DNA of 64,000 nucleotides from Candidatus Bathyarchaeota archaeon (GCA_963775685.1 CAVZJV010000014.1:1792001-1856000), one strand, 5' to 3'. Positions 1 through 11,664 are shown, numbered from the stretch's first letter. The notes: generated from the sequence alone by a model not told the origin. Numbers and translations: made by a program.

Positions 1-1
1 A

Positions 2-483
2 ACTGGCTTATGGTACACACAAACGTATAGAGCAAGTCCTTCCTCAAATCCCGCACCAACGACAACAATGCCAACCGCAACAGCTACTTCCACACCAGCG
101 ATAACAACGCCAACTACAATACCACTAGCCTCCACAGTGACTACAAACCTCAAACTAAAAAGGGTAGACACTACACCCGGCACCGGACACTGGGTATTAC
201 TTATCAACGGCACTGTCACAAACGATAGCCCAAACCCCGCCTACGATGCAGGACTACACGTGTTCTCATCAGCTGACCCAGTCCTCTACATCTATGAAGA
301 AACTATAGAAGTAACCGTACCCGTTGCTTAAGGCACATACAACGCAACAAGCACTTAACACTGTCCACGATACCTCCAAACCAAACCGTTTCAGTAAGCA
401 TTGAAATAATACCTCCCACCGCTTTAGGTGAATGGAGAGTGTTAAATGATACAACCGTGACTCTTGTATGGTCAAACCCGTAG
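2..483 (+). pseudogene. Thr/Pro-rich membrane-anchored surface protein, 5'-truncated by the window edge; nonsense codon plus frameshift
   Basis: Frame open from nt 2 (GLWYTQ..., TPT-rich linker, beta-rich domain) to TAA at 329-331. It continues GTYNATST to a second TAA, then resumes in another frame at 361 as LSTIPPNQTVSVSIEIIPP...VTLVWSNP* (483). Confidence 0.55.
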
Positions 484-774
484 TATGGTCAAATAAGCCT
501 ACATAATTATTCTCAAACCGGTTAGTGCTGTTGACGTTGTGCTAAGGCATCGAAAAACCGCTAACCCATTAAGTTTTTCATAATAACGTAAATTGTCAAA
601 AAATTTGGCTAATATATGACTGATATCGAAACTTGTCGTTTGTTAATCTAAACTTCTTTCGCCTTTTTTGAGGAAGGAAGAAAAACTGGACATGAAAAGT
701 GTACGCCTATGAAGCAAACGGTTTATAGATAAACTCCTAACCTAAAAGAGAAAACAATAAAGTTGGAGGGCGTT

Positions 775-1845
775 TTATTGTACGCCTGCAAATAGCCAGC
801 TCATGTCTGGCCCTTTCCGTTTTTCTGGAACGCGCTCAGCGAGTGCATGGCAAATTAGTGGCAATGCGATGGTTGCGTCGCAGTAGCATACTGCTCGGGT
901 TCCTGTTTGGCTGTTGATTTTGCCCCAGCTAATCGCCTCTTCCAACGTGCAGCCAGATAAGCCGCCCCATTGGGGTGAGTCAGTTGTGATTTGGATGGCG
1001 TATTTGTGTGGGTAGTAGTATTCCTGTAGGCTTTTGCGTAAGCCGCCTTTTCTGCCTGCTACACCTTTGTCTTCAGTCATTGGGCTGACTGAGATGGCAA
1101 TGAGTTGGGTGAGGTCTTTGGGGACGCCGCCGCCGATGTAGACAACACCGACTTCCTTGGTTTTGGTACCGATGCTGACAAACTGGTCGAATTCTTTGAC
1201 GCTGTCGATGTGAACGTTGTGTCCTTGGTTTTTGGCTAAGAGGAAGGTTTCGCCATACGCGCTGTCAACCATGGCTGGGCTGAAGATGGGCACGCCGTTG
1301 GCTGCTGCAACTGCGGAGATAGCGGGAATGTTTTTCTTGCCGAGGTATTTGCCGAGCAGATAGAGGAATTCTGCTGAAGTGTAGTTGTAATCTTGCTTGC
1401 AGGTCATGACAAAGTCGGTGACGACTTCTTCCATTTTGCGGTAGTCGGTTTCTTTGCCGTAAACATCGTAGTATCGGTTGACGTCATCTTGGAGCAGTTG
1501 CTCGTCGTTAACCATGTGGTTGCCTTGATAGTAACCTAAGCCCATGGCATCCACGATGTCTTCGGAGACATTTGCGCCTGTGGAAACCAGCACGTCGATG
1601 AAACGGTTTTCTATAAGCCAGTTGATTATTGTCCATTGTCCCGCGGTGCTCATGGAGCCTGCAAAGCCCATGGCGATAACGGTGTCTTTAGATTTAATCA
1701 TGTTTTCCCAAACATCAACCGCTTCGCCGAGTTTGCGGCCTTGGTAAGCGGTTTTGCTCATTTCTTTTAGGAGTTGTGAAATTGGTTTTTGTTTTGTGAC
1801 TTTGATTGGTTCAAGTTTCTTACTGAAATATGAATCGTTACTCAT
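775..1845 (-). CDS. Deoxyhypusine synthase family protein (DHS/homospermidine synthase-like)
   Basis: Motifs STGAN, IGGGVPK and GGLSGCTLEEAISWGK (catalytic Lys), CDATIALP; start set at ATG 1845 behind GAGGTG. Confidence 0.9.
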   Translation of the reverse strand: MSNDSYFSKKLEPIKVTKQKPISQLLKEMSKTAYQGRKLGEAVDVWENMIKSKDTVIAMGFAGSMSTAGQWTIINWLIENRFIDVLVSTGANVSEDIVDAMGLGYYQGNHMVNDEQLLQDDVNRYYDVYGKETDYRKMEEVVTDFVMTCKQDYNYTSAEFLYLLGKYLGKKNIPAISAVAAANGVPIFSPAMVDSAYGETFLLAKNQGHNVHIDSVKEFDQFVSIGTKTKEVGVVYIGGGVPKDLTQLIAISVSPMTEDKGVAGRKGGLRKSLQEYYYPHKYAIQITTDSPQWGGLSGCTLEEAISWGKINSQTGTRAVCYCDATIALPLICHALAERVPEKRKGPDMSWLFAGVQ

Positions 1846-1931
1846 AGGAGAGTGCACCTCGTTTTACATTATTGGGCTTGTATATGAAATTTGTTATTGC
1901 TATAGAGCCAGACAATTATGGGGATGGAGTA

Positions 1932-2621
1932 TTAGCATTGAATTTTGAGCCATACCTTTCGTTTAACAAAAATAAGCGAAGTAAGCCCTGTGATAAACGT
2001 TGAAACCAACACGATCATGTTAGCTAAGGTAATGGACGATGTGTCTTGATTCATCGCCAGAGCGATTGCGACAAAGAGGTAGAACGAGACTCCACCAGTT
2101 ACTAGTTGCAATCCAGAGATGATTTTTCCGCATTGTCCAGCTTTAGCCTTTAGCCAACAGAGGAAAGAGTCAATTCTTCCATGAACGTCTGGAAGGTCAT
2201 CTAAAACCAAGGCCCCACCGCCCAGCAAGAAAACCCTACCAACGTTAACTGCAACGCTAGTGTCGTTTACGAAAAAGATGTTAAACAAAGACACAGGTGT
2301 GAAGAATATAACATAAGCTCCGGAGAATAGCAAAACTAGAATGCCATAGAAGTAATGGTGGAAAAACAGTCTGCCGGTATGTAGAGAGCGCCCGAGGCCT
2401 GCGCTTGGAAAAATGTTAATCACTGCAGCAACGATTAGTACCCAAAAAAGGCTGGCACTTATAAGATACGGAGAGAATGGCTGCCAATTATGGTAGCGCC
2501 AGTAAAAGCCTGAGAGGATGCCCATTGCGCAGCCAATAGATAGGAGCGCGTTGAAGACCAAAGTAACGCTGAATGTTTTTTTGCAAATCACCCAGCAGTG
2601 CGTAGCTTTTTTACCCGCCAT
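1932..2621 (-). CDS. Hypothetical multi-pass membrane protein with HHxxxG...LxLDD motif
   Basis: About 6 hydrophobic segments; FHHYFYG and GALVLDDL motifs. Confidence 0.75.
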   Translation of the reverse strand: MAGKKATHCWVICKKTFSVTLVFNALLSIGCAMGILSGFYWRYHNWQPFSPYLISASLFWVLIVAAVINIFPSAGLGRSLHTGRLFFHHYFYGILVLLFSGAYVIFFTPVSLFNIFFVNDTSVAVNVGRVFLLGGGALVLDDLPDVHGRIDSFLCWLKAKAGQCGKIISGLQLVTGGVSFYLFVAIALAMNQDTSSITLANMIVLVSTFITGLTSLIFVKRKVWLKIQC

Positions 2622-2839
2622 TCAACTTTCCCTTTTTCTCTTGGAAAAATTATAATGAAATAAAATCAAGGTTGTTTTTGAACGTTACGGAAAACAAACG
2701 CCAAACCCGTTGGTTTTTCTAGTTTGTTATCCCAATTAACCTGAAAGCAGCATTTCACTATTTCCCCTCGAGATACCTACTTCATGTAAGGAGGCGATAG
2801 TTTTCTCCAAGCAACTATCTACGGCTTGTTTGTCAGAAG

Positions 2840-4792
2840 TCACATTTTTTCTGGTGCAACGACACCAATCAAGTTAAGTGCGTTATGCATCACGACTTTT
2901 ATGGCTTGGGTCAAAGCAAGTCTAGCATCGCTAAGCTCCACGGAATCAGCTTTTATCACGGGGTAAGAGTTGTAGAACGTGTTAAATTTGTCCGCAAGCA
3001 CGTTGATGTAGTCAGCTATCATGTTAGGTTTGAGGTACTCTGTGGCTTCGATGAACATGTCGGGAAACCCTGCAAGCGCCAAAATTAGTTCCTTCTCGAG
3101 CTTTTCGGTAAGTAATTCAAAACCGGGGTTTTCTGGTTCACGTGCCGCTTTACGCAGTATGCTACAGGCCCTTGCATGAGTATACTGAACGTAGGGTGCG
3201 CCATTAGTTTCGAAGTTTAGGACGCGTTCCCAAGTGAACACTACTGGTTTGGAATAATCCACGTCTACAAGTGCATAACGCACAGCGCCTAAACCAACGA
3301 AATTGGCGATTTTGCGTTTCTCACCTTCGCTTAGCATTGGTGAACGCTTCGAAACCTCTTCGTAGGCTCGTTGGACCGCTTCGGTTAAAACCTCGTCGAA
3401 TGTGATGTAGTGTCCTCTTCTGCTGCTCATCTTGTAGCCTGGCAACGTAACCAAGTTGTAGGCAAAATGCACCAAATTCTCTGCCTGCTCTCTGTAACCC
3501 ATGGCGTAAAGGGCGATTTTTAGCTGCAACTGTGCCAGCGACTGCTCCATGCCAATTACGTTTATGACTTTATTCGCTTGCTTAAATTTCCAAATTGTGT
3601 ATGCGATGTCGCGTGTGGTGTAGAGTGTTGTCCCGTCTGCGCGTCCTAACGTGAGCGGTGGAACCTCGTTGTTCTGGCTTAAACCCAGCGTTGCCTTCAA
3701 ACCAAGAGTGTCTACGACTTTTTGGGCATCAAACGCTAATACGCCTTCTTCGCTATAGACAAATGGTGAAGCTTTAAGCTTGTAGAGAACCTCAGTAACT
3801 TTTGTGCTCCAGACAAAGTCGCTCTCCCAATCCCACGAATCATAAGTCACAGATACACGTCTCATTGTTTCTCTGAAGCCTTCAAGACAGAGGTCGCTGA
3901 CTTGACGGATGAGCTGTTTTGCGTTGGCTTCTCCGTCTTCATAAGCGCGGTTTAAACGATTGATTTCTTCCTCAGGATTTTCATCTAACCCAATTTGAGC
4001 TGTTAACGCCTCAAAAAGCACAGGATATTTTTCTTTAAGTTCCGCTGCAATAGACATCCACTCGTCGATTTCCTGGTTAGCCTTCACCAAATCAGCTGTA
4101 GATTGGGCAGCAACCGCAGCTTCGCGTGCTCTCTTTTGGCGATTAATCTCGACTAGGCAGCTGGTTACAGTGTAGATTTTGCCAACGAAAAGATCCGCTT
4201 TCTCGGTTGGCTTTGGCTTGCCTAACTTCGCGTAGCCGTAAGCCACAACCGAGGATTGCCTTCCCACATCGTCAATGTAGTAGTGGCGAGAAACCATGTG
4301 TCCTCGGCACTGCAAAATCCGCGCTAAAGCATCGCCAATCATTGGATTTCTGGCTTGCCCTATATGGATGGGATGCAGCGGATTGACGCTGGTATGCTCA
4401 ACAATAATCTTTTTTGGCTCATCTGTCTTGACAAAGCCGTAGTCTGAATCCAACTCTTTAATAGACCCCAAGGTTAACGCGGAGAATTTAGAAAAGTTTA
4501 GGTGGAAGTTTATGTACCCTGCACCTGCAGGCGCAACCTTCTCGATGAGGTTAAAGCCTGATTTGTCCATGGCACCAACAATCTGCTCAGCTAAAACGAG
4601 CGGTTTATGATTAAGTTTTTTTGCCAACTCAAAACAAAGCGACGACGCTAATTGCCCATACTCAATGTTTGGTGTCTTGTTTAGAGAAATGTATGGCTGT
4701 TTTATTTCCGGCAGAGCCTTTCCAAGGGCGTTTGCTAACGAGGTTTGGCATTCCAGTCTGAACTGGTTGAAGGGATTCTGTGAAACCACCAA
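2840..4792 (-). CDS. argS: Arginine--tRNA ligase
   Basis: VEHTSVNP, HIGQARN (HIGH), KMSSRRG, PYVQYTHARACSI and the DALR domain; likely TTG/GTG start at ~4789-4792 behind GGAGA. Confidence 0.97.
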   Translation of the reverse strand: MVVSQNPFNQFRLECQTSLANALGKALPEIKQPYISLNKTPNIEYGQLASSLCFELAKKLNHKPLVLAEQIVGAMDKSGFNLIEKVAPAGAGYINFHLNFSKFSALTLGSIKELDSDYGFVKTDEPKKIIVEHTSVNPLHPIHIGQARNPMIGDALARILQCRGHMVSRHYYIDDVGRQSSVVAYGYAKLGKPKPTEKADLFVGKIYTVTSCLVEINRQKRAREAAVAAQSTADLVKANQEIDEWMSIAAELKEKYPVLFEALTAQIGLDENPEEEINRLNRAYEDGEANAKQLIRQVSDLCLEGFRETMRRVSVTYDSWDWESDFVWSTKVTEVLYKLKASPFVYSEEGVLAFDAQKVVDTLGLKATLGLSQNNEVPPLTLGRADGTTLYTTRDIAYTIWKFKQANKVINVIGMEQSLAQLQLKIALYAMGYREQAENLVHFAYNLVTLPGYKMSSRRGHYITFDEVLTEAVQRAYEEVSKRSPMLSEGEKRKIANFVGLGAVRYALVDVDYSKPVVFTWERVLNFETNGAPYVQYTHARACSILRKAAREPENPGFELLTEKLEKELILALAGFPDMFIEATEYLKPNMIADYINVLADKFNTFYNSYPVIKADSVELSDARLALTQAIKVVMHNALNLIGVVAPEKM

Positions 4793-4882
4793 TTTCTCTC
4801 CTTGTCCATTTTGACGGTACTTTGATCGAGTTATGCTTTTAATGTGTAAGCGCATTTATCTGTGTACTGGATGCATATAGCG

Positions 4883-5731
4883 ATGAAAACAAAAGTCGTC
4901 TATTCAGAAAAATGTTTAGGTTACGGCACCTGGCATATCGAAGGACCTCAAAGAGTAAAAGTTGCCCACGATATTTTGGAAGAGAAAGGTTATGAGTTTG
5001 TGGAGCCCACGCCAGCTGATGACTGGGAACTGCTTGGCGTTCACGACGCTGATTACCTCTTTAACGTGAAAAAAGGCTTAGTCGAAGACTCCGACACACC
5101 TGCCTACGACAGAATCTTCGAGTATGCAAGACTCTCAGCGGGCGGTGCACTTTTAGCCAGTAAAATGAACGGTTTTTCACTTACGCGTCCCCCAGGACAT
5201 CATGCGGGAAAAAATGGTGCTGCATTGGGATCGAGCACACGCGGCTTCTGTTACCTAAACAACATCGCCATTGCCGTTAAAGAGTCTGGGAAAAAAACGT
5301 TAATCCTGGATATTGATGGACACCATGGTAATGGAACGCAAGAGATTTTTCAAGGCGATCAAAAAGTGGCTTATATCTCGCTTCATCAGTCACACAACTA
5401 TCCAGGAACTGGCGATTTAACGGAGGGCAATTGCATAAATTTTGCTTTGCAAGCAAACATTGGTGGCGCGAAGTACTTGGAAACTCTCGACAAGGCTGTG
5501 GGGAGGGTTGATTTAGGCAAGTTCGAGGCAGTTGCGGTTTCGGCGGGTTTCGACACGCATCAGGGTGACTTAGCGTCTTTAGGTTTGGTTGAGCAGGATT
5601 ATTTTAAGATAGGCAAAAGGGTGGCGTTGCTCAAAAAACCGGCGTTCTTTGTTTTGGAAGGGGGTTACGTGGGCGAGAAAGTTGGGATGGATATTGATAG
5701 TTTATTGAGGGGTTATGAAGAAAACTTGTAA
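4883..5731 (+). CDS. Histone deacetylase / acetylpolyamine amidohydrolase family protein
   Basis: RPPGHHA, GFCYLNN, DIDGHHGNGT, SAGFD and LEGGY motifs. Confidence 0.93.
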   Translation: MKTKVVYSEKCLGYGTWHIEGPQRVKVAHDILEEKGYEFVEPTPADDWELLGVHDADYLFNVKKGLVEDSDTPAYDRIFEYARLSAGGALLASKMNGFSLTRPPGHHAGKNGAALGSSTRGFCYLNNIAIAVKESGKKTLILDIDGHHGNGTQEIFQGDQKVAYISLHQSHNYPGTGDLTEGNCINFALQANIGGAKYLETLDKAVGRVDLGKFEAVAVSAGFDTHQGDLASLGLVEQDYFKIGKRVALLKKPAFFVLEGGYVGEKVGMDIDSLLRGYEENL

Positions 5732-5748
5732 TTGAAAAAGGGTTATTA

Positions 5749-6360
5749 TTATGTTTTAGTTGATGTTGCTTTCTTGTTTAGGGCTTGCAGCTTCTCTGTT
5801 ATTCGTTCGGACCGTTTTTCTGCGACACTTAACAGTGGTTTCCAATCTTTGGCCTTGATCTGGGCTGAGAGTTTTTCGGTTTGTGCGCACAGATTTGTTA
5901 GCGCATCATTGAAACGTTTTTCTGCGGCTTCGTCTGATTCTACGAGCTCTAGGGCTTCTTCGGGGCAGGATTCTATGCATTTTGGTTCGCCTTCACAGAG
6001 GTTGCATGCAATGGCTTTTCCTGTGTCTGAGTGGATTGTGATTCCCCCGTGTTCGCAGGCTTGCACACACCAGTCGCAGCCTTTGCATTTGTCGTGATCA
6101 ATAATCAGTAAGCCTGTGCTCTCTGATTGGGAGAGTGCTCGTTCTGGACATGCTTTTACGCATCTTGCGTCTTGGCATCCTCGGCATGTTAAGGCAAAAT
6201 TGAAGACAGGTGCCATTCGGACAACTCTGATTCTGGACCTAAGCGGATTCCATATGCCTTCACCTTTCTCTACAGTGCAAGCATATTCACAGATTCCGCA
6301 GCCGATGCATTTGCTTGGGTCAACTGAAACAAATTTTCTAAGTTGAGTTTTAGCAGACAT
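5749..6360 (-). CDS. Multi-[4Fe-4S] electron-transfer protein (DmsB/CooF-like) with C-terminal helical extension
   Basis: Four Cys clusters: CIGCGICEYAC, CRGCQDARCVKACP, CKGCDWCVQAC, CNLCEGEPKCIESCP. Confidence 0.9.
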   Translation of the reverse strand: MSAKTQLRKFVSVDPSKCIGCGICEYACTVEKGEGIWNPLRSRIRVVRMAPVFNFALTCRGCQDARCVKACPERALSQSESTGLLIIDHDKCKGCDWCVQACEHGGITIHSDTGKAIACNLCEGEPKCIESCPEEALELVESDEAAEKRFNDALTNLCAQTEKLSAQIKAKDWKPLLSVAEKRSERITEKLQALNKKATSTKT

Positions 6361-6545
6361 TGTTACCAAACCCTTTTGGTGTTAAAGTAACATTGCGCAT
6401 CATTGGCTTTTAACCGTTACTTAAAAAAATTGTTAAATCTAAGGAAAAATGAGAATGCAATGAGGTTCACTTCGTAGCTTAGAAAAGTTATTGTCCCTAA
6501 AGGAAGGACCCAAAGGTTGAAAGAGACTTTAGTTTTAAAGAAGAG

Positions 6546-6756
6546 TTATTTTGGAGGAGGAGTTGGATTCCAAGGCATTTCAGAGTGCAGTTTGCCGCCT
6601 GAAGCCCAATTCTCTCGTGGGATTTCAGCAATAATAATTGTTGTTGCTTGACGGGGGATTCCCATGCTTTCGAAGACTTTAGTTATTCCTTCTACCATTT
6701 TTTTTCTTGTTCTCGAAACTAATTCCTGCCCAAACAGTAACTTGTATAACAGGCAC
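6546..6756 (-). pseudogene. 4-oxalocrotonate tautomerase family protein, frameshifted in an A8 run
   Basis: GTG at 6756 gives MPVIQVTVWAGISFENKKK (catalytic Pro-1). One extra A shifts it off the frame encoding MVEGITKVF...IIIAEIPRENWASGG. Confidence 0.8.
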
Positions 6757-6956
6757 ATACATCACCAATAAGGTACTGTTGGCAAGGAAAATTAATTTTT
6801 CTAAAGGACACAAAAAGCAAAAACGCAGCTAAACCTTTTCGGTTATTCTATTTCTTTTCCAGAGCTTCCGCCAAAAGCTCCCAAACAACCACATCTCTCG
6901 GCTTTCAAAAGTTACAGTGCCACTTAAAGCTTCGGCAAATTAATGATGTTATTCGC

Positions 6957-9627
6957 CTACGGGACGATTTGATAGTTCTCTTTTCCGTTTTTGTTCAGTT
7001 TTGGAATGGTTATGGTGAATTTGGCTCCTTTACCTGGTTCACCTTCTTCAATTATGATCCAGTCATAGACATCTATCATCTTCTTGGTAAGGAATAGCCC
7101 AAAGCCTGTGCTACCGCCTGTGCTAAAGCCTTCTTTGAAGAGACGCTGTTTATTCTCTAAAGGTACGCCTACACCGTCATCCTCATAAACTAACTTTAGG
7201 TTATCTTCACCATCCTTTATGAAATGCACTCTTAAAGCGGTGGTTTTTTGCCCGTATTTTCTTGTATTATCGATGAAATTGTAGAATAGCTGTCTTAGAA
7301 ATGAATCCGCCAAAACTGTCAAGCCATGACATTCATTAATTATTTTTGGGAGTGAACCGGAGAAGAGGGCGGTTGCTTCGTTTAGTTTGGCTTCAACGTC
7401 GATGTAAGTTAGGTCTTCAAGTCCCAGTTGCTCGTACATTTTGGCGAAGTCAAAAATTTTCACCGATTCTGCTACCGCCTGCTCCATTTTGCTAAGCCCC
7501 TCAATAATGTCCGCCTGATCTGAATGTTTTTTCTTGATCAAATATGCATAACCAGTAATCGTCGAGAGTTTGTTTCGAACATCATGCCTAGTCAACCCGC
7601 CTACCATACGCAATTTCTCATTCATCAGCTCATTTTTGTCGGCTACTTTCCTTTAATTTCTCCTCATTCTTTTTGCGTTCAGTAATGTCTGCAACTAGTG
7701 CAAGTGTTCCAATGTGGTTGCCAGTGTCATCCTGGATTGATGAAGCTGCAATATTTGTATACATAGGGATGCCGTCTTTTTGAATAAACTCAAACTCGCA
7801 TTGCCCTTGGTTGCCAAGTTGGCATTCATCCAAATGGTGCTTTGCAAGATCTGAGTCGGGGTTCCCCAAAAAAGTAACTAACTTCTTTCCAATCATTTCA
7901 TTTTCACTGTATCCCAACATCTTCGCCATACGAGGATTAACAAAAACAGTGCGACCGTCGTTATCTATTGCCCAAACACCTTCTTGTGCAAGCTCAACCA
8001 ACTGGCGATACTTTGCCTCGCTATCCATCAAAGCGTCATCTACTTTCTTAGCTTCCGTTATGTCTCGATAAATGCTGTGGAGAAATGTTTTCCCTGATAA
8101 TTCTATTCCTTGCACAGTAACTACGACATCTCTGATCTCACCGTTCTTTGTGCGGTGTTTAGTTTCAAATTGGTCTCTGCCTTCTAGCAATACCTTTTCT
8201 ATCATAGCTTTCGTTTCATCTGAAGTCTCATTTGCTATAAAATCGAAGATACGAAGTTTTGCGAACTCTTCTCTGCTGTAGCCTAGTTGTTCATGGGCTG
8301 CTTCATTGAACTCAACAATCGTTGCATTTTCAGCATCAACAACTAGTATTCCAAATGGTGCTCGATCAAACAGTGCGTGATAACGTTTTTCAGCTTCGCG
8401 AATCCTTGTTTCCAAATGTTTTCTTTCGGTAATATCTCGAGCAACATGAATTATGACAATTTTTCCGTCAGGGCTTTTGACAAAACGCGCTGAGACTTCC
8501 ACGATTTGCTCATTATTGTTTTTATCAAAGTGGTTGTGTTCAACCGTAATGTTTTCTTTGGTTTCAAGTACTCTCCGAATTGGGCAGTCGTGTTCTGGAG
8601 GTTTGCAGGGTGTTGATAAGTGATGGGTTGTTTGATAGCAGGTTTTTCCTATTAATTCTTCTTTTCTGAGCTTTATTTGTTTCAATGCCACTTCATTAGC
8701 ACTAATTATCTTATAGTCGTCGGGGTCGATTACTAAAAGGGCATCGTCAAGTGAATCAATTATTCGTTCATCGAATTCTTTCAAATTTGCCAGCTTCACT
8801 TCAGCTTCTTTGCGGTCAGTGATGTCGATACATGTTCCAACCCATTCACGTATTTCTCCATCTTCTTCAAATATCGGGGCGCCGCGAGCCATGAAATTTC
8901 GATAAACGCCGTCACATCTGCGCAGGCGATACTCAACTTCATACTTAGTTTTCGCTGCTACAGCTGCTTGCCATGCCTGCGTGGCATGTTCCAAGTCGTC
9001 AGGGTGAACAGCTTTTGTCCAGCTCCAGCCCTTCACTTCGTCATAAGTCTGACCAGTAAAATTTCTAAAAGACGGTATGTCTTCCAATACTTCGCCATCG
9101 ACATTCGTGGTCCAGCCCAACTCACCCGTTACTTCGATAAAGGATTGATATCGCTTCAAACTTGCATTAACCGCTTGCTCAGCTTTCTTTTGTTCAGTAA
9201 TGTCTTTTGCGGTATGTACACACTGAAAAAGATCTCCTTTTTCGTCAAGAATTGGTGAAGTGGTAATCAGCAAAGGCAGTCCAATGTTGCGATCGTTAAT
9301 TTCTGCTGTGACGGTTTGTTTTGTTTTTAAAGTCTTTCCTGCTGGGCAATTCGGCCAAGGTTCATTGGTTCCATGCACAACGTCATAACAATGTTTGCCA
9401 ATCAACTCTTCTGGTTTTTTCTTTAAGGCATCACAAGTGCTCTTGTTAACTCTAGTAATGATTCTGTTTTTGTCCATGACAAATAGTAAATCTCCAATGC
9501 CATCCAAAATCTTATTGACTTCATTGGACTCCCTGGTTTTTTCTTTCGCTATGTTATTGCATTCGGTTACTTCTACAACTATGCCATTCTGGTTGATGGT
9601 TTGTATTGGCCATGCCCCACAAAGCAA
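6957..9627 (-). pseudogene. Cytoplasmic multi-PAS sensor histidine kinase, split by a +1 frameshift at ~7632
   Basis: 7630-9627 is ~5 PAS/PAC domains ending ESSRQK*. 6957-7625 has the H-box (RHDVRNKL), N-box, DDGVG and G boxes. Removing one A gives ...ESSRQNELMNEKLR. Confidence 0.85.
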
Positions 9628-10026
9628 ACAGTTAATGAGTCAGTTATAAGTCAGTTATGAATTTAAAATACTAAACACAAATATACTCTAAATAGAATTA
9701 GATAAACCAGTGACTTTCCAAGATTTTATTCTCAAATATGAAAATTTGATGTGTAATTTAAATCATTTTTGTAAGAACTCACAATTGAGGCTTGCTCAGT
9801 ATTCTGGGTTCATGACTGCTTTATTATACAATCAATTAAGTAATTTGCTGAGCTTTGTACTGATTTTGTAAACACCCAATCAGGAACACATTACTTTTCA
9901 TTTGACATATTTAGCTTCCAAAGATAGAACTGATGATGTTCATGCTTTAAGGGTTGTTGCTTAAACTTGCATCCTGGAAATCTTTAAAGTTATTATGCGA
10001 GGTTTTTTTGAGGGAGAGAAACTACA

Positions 10027-11102
10027 ATGGATCCGTTAGAACAGACAATCTTTGAAATAGGCTTGATAGCCTCAGCTTTCACATTATCTTTCCTAAGTTT
10101 TAGACTACGAAAAAAGTTTCCAAAAGGAAGTCTTTTCAAGTCACCTTTTACCGTGTTTGGAATTGCTGGTTTATTACTAGGTTTGACTTACTCAGTTGAC
10201 ATAACTTTAGACACGCTTCAATTGCAGGCAGGTACTTTGCCTTTCCTTCTGAATTTCGTTTTCATAGTTACCTTGACTTTTGGAGTTTTTAGACTTTATA
10301 GTCGAGCCCGCGTTGGAGAATTATGAATTGAATAAGACCAAAAAAAGAACTCTCAGACGCTCAGGCGAAACTTATCAAATCGGAAAGGTTGACTGCGATT
10401 GATGAACTTGCGGGCCAGATTGGACATGGTTTACGTAATCCTTTGGCAGGCATCAAAAACGGCATGTACCTTCTTAAAAATAAAAACGAGCGGCTTACGG
10501 AAGAAAAAAGGAATGAGATTTTGGGGGTTATCGAAAACGCAGTAGAGGATTCAAACAGAATCATTACGAGTCTTGTCGATTATTCAAGTGAGCTGATTTT
10601 AGAACCAGAGCAGTGCACTCCTAAGTCGCTTGTGCTGCATGCGTTGTCTAACATTCAGGTTCCAGATCATTTAAACATAATAAATAACGCGACAGACGAC
10701 GTCAAGATGTTTCTTGATGTGCAAAATATGGAAAAAGTTTTCGCAAGCATAATAAAAAACGCTATAGACGCCTCACCAGAAAAAGGAAATATAAAAATAC
10801 AAAGCATGCTAAAGAGGCAGAATATAGAAATATCTTTCACCGACTCCGGAATAGGCATACCTGAAAGCATTTTACCCAGGCTCTTCGCGCCTCTTGTAAC
10901 TACTAAGGCGAAAGGAATGGGCATGAGTTTGGCAATTTGCAAGCGGATTGTAGAGTCACATGACGGAAAAATTAGTGTAGAAAGTACAGTTGGGAAAGGA
11001 ACAACATTCACTATTAACCTCCCAATCAAACTCTCGAAAAGTGAATTCACGCAAATCCAGATGTTTACTGGAATTGAAATGAGGCAGGCGCCGTTCGTTT
11101 AG
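10027..11102 (+). pseudogene. Membrane-anchored histidine kinase (3 TM + HisKA + HATPase), broken by two frameshifts near 10310 and 10340
   Basis: 3-TM ORF, then LENYELNKTKK in a second frame, then ELSDAQAKLIKSERL..GHGLRNPL in a third frame; DSGIG, GMGMSL and GKGTTF boxes; H-box degenerate (HG instead of HD/HE). Confidence 0.75.
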
Positions 11103-11366
11103 TCACTGGTATAAGCTGTAACGGCTGTCAATCCGGCTCAGTCTTGCGTCAAACAAACTTTGGCAAAATCACTTTCGTGCGGTCATATCCAAGTTTGCCT
11201 TTCAAGCTTGTGGTTTGAACCAGTTACGGTTCAGATCCCGCCCAACTTACTCCTTGGAAAGCAATCGTGCCCTTAGTTTTGGAAGCATTGAATAATAAAA
11301 AGCGATATTCTGGAATTATTTGTCTGAATAATCAATAATAAAGTCTTATTTCGCAAAAGGACCTAA

Positions 11367-11652
11367 GCGTGGGATGTGGGATTTGAACTCATATGAAGAC
11401 CCGAAGCCTGAAAAGTTCAGGCAAGAAAAACCACCATCTTAAACTTGCAAACTTATTTTCAACAATGAAAAAATTGGTTGATCTTCTTTGGTTTAGTCCG
11501 TGAACTGAAAACTCTGGCCGCATTATTTTTACCGGTAAATTCACACTTGGGTTCTATCCACAACACCAACACATCCCTAATATCCTTAAATTGGAGTCTA
11601 CTCACAAAATAAAGCTCATAATAAGCCTGAATGTTTGGTGCGGAGGGTGGGA
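11367..11652 (-). repeat. Att-like module copy A (tRNA fragment / palindrome / tRNA-Leu 3' end)
   Basis: GCGTGGGATGTGGGATTTGAACTCA (11367-11391); TTTACCGGTAAA (11528-11539); CTGAATGTTTGGTGCGGAGGGTGGGA (11627-11652), 25/26 identical to 18633-18658. Confidence 0.85.
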
Positions 11653-11664
11653 CATCAACCTTAT

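Noticed and set aside
11216-11243. GGTTCAGATCCCGCCC, a T-arm-like sequence on the + strand with a TGAACC/GGTTCA hairpin
   Set aside because: Too short, and no acceptor, D or anticodon arm; opposite orientation to the other tRNA fragments, so it may be chance.
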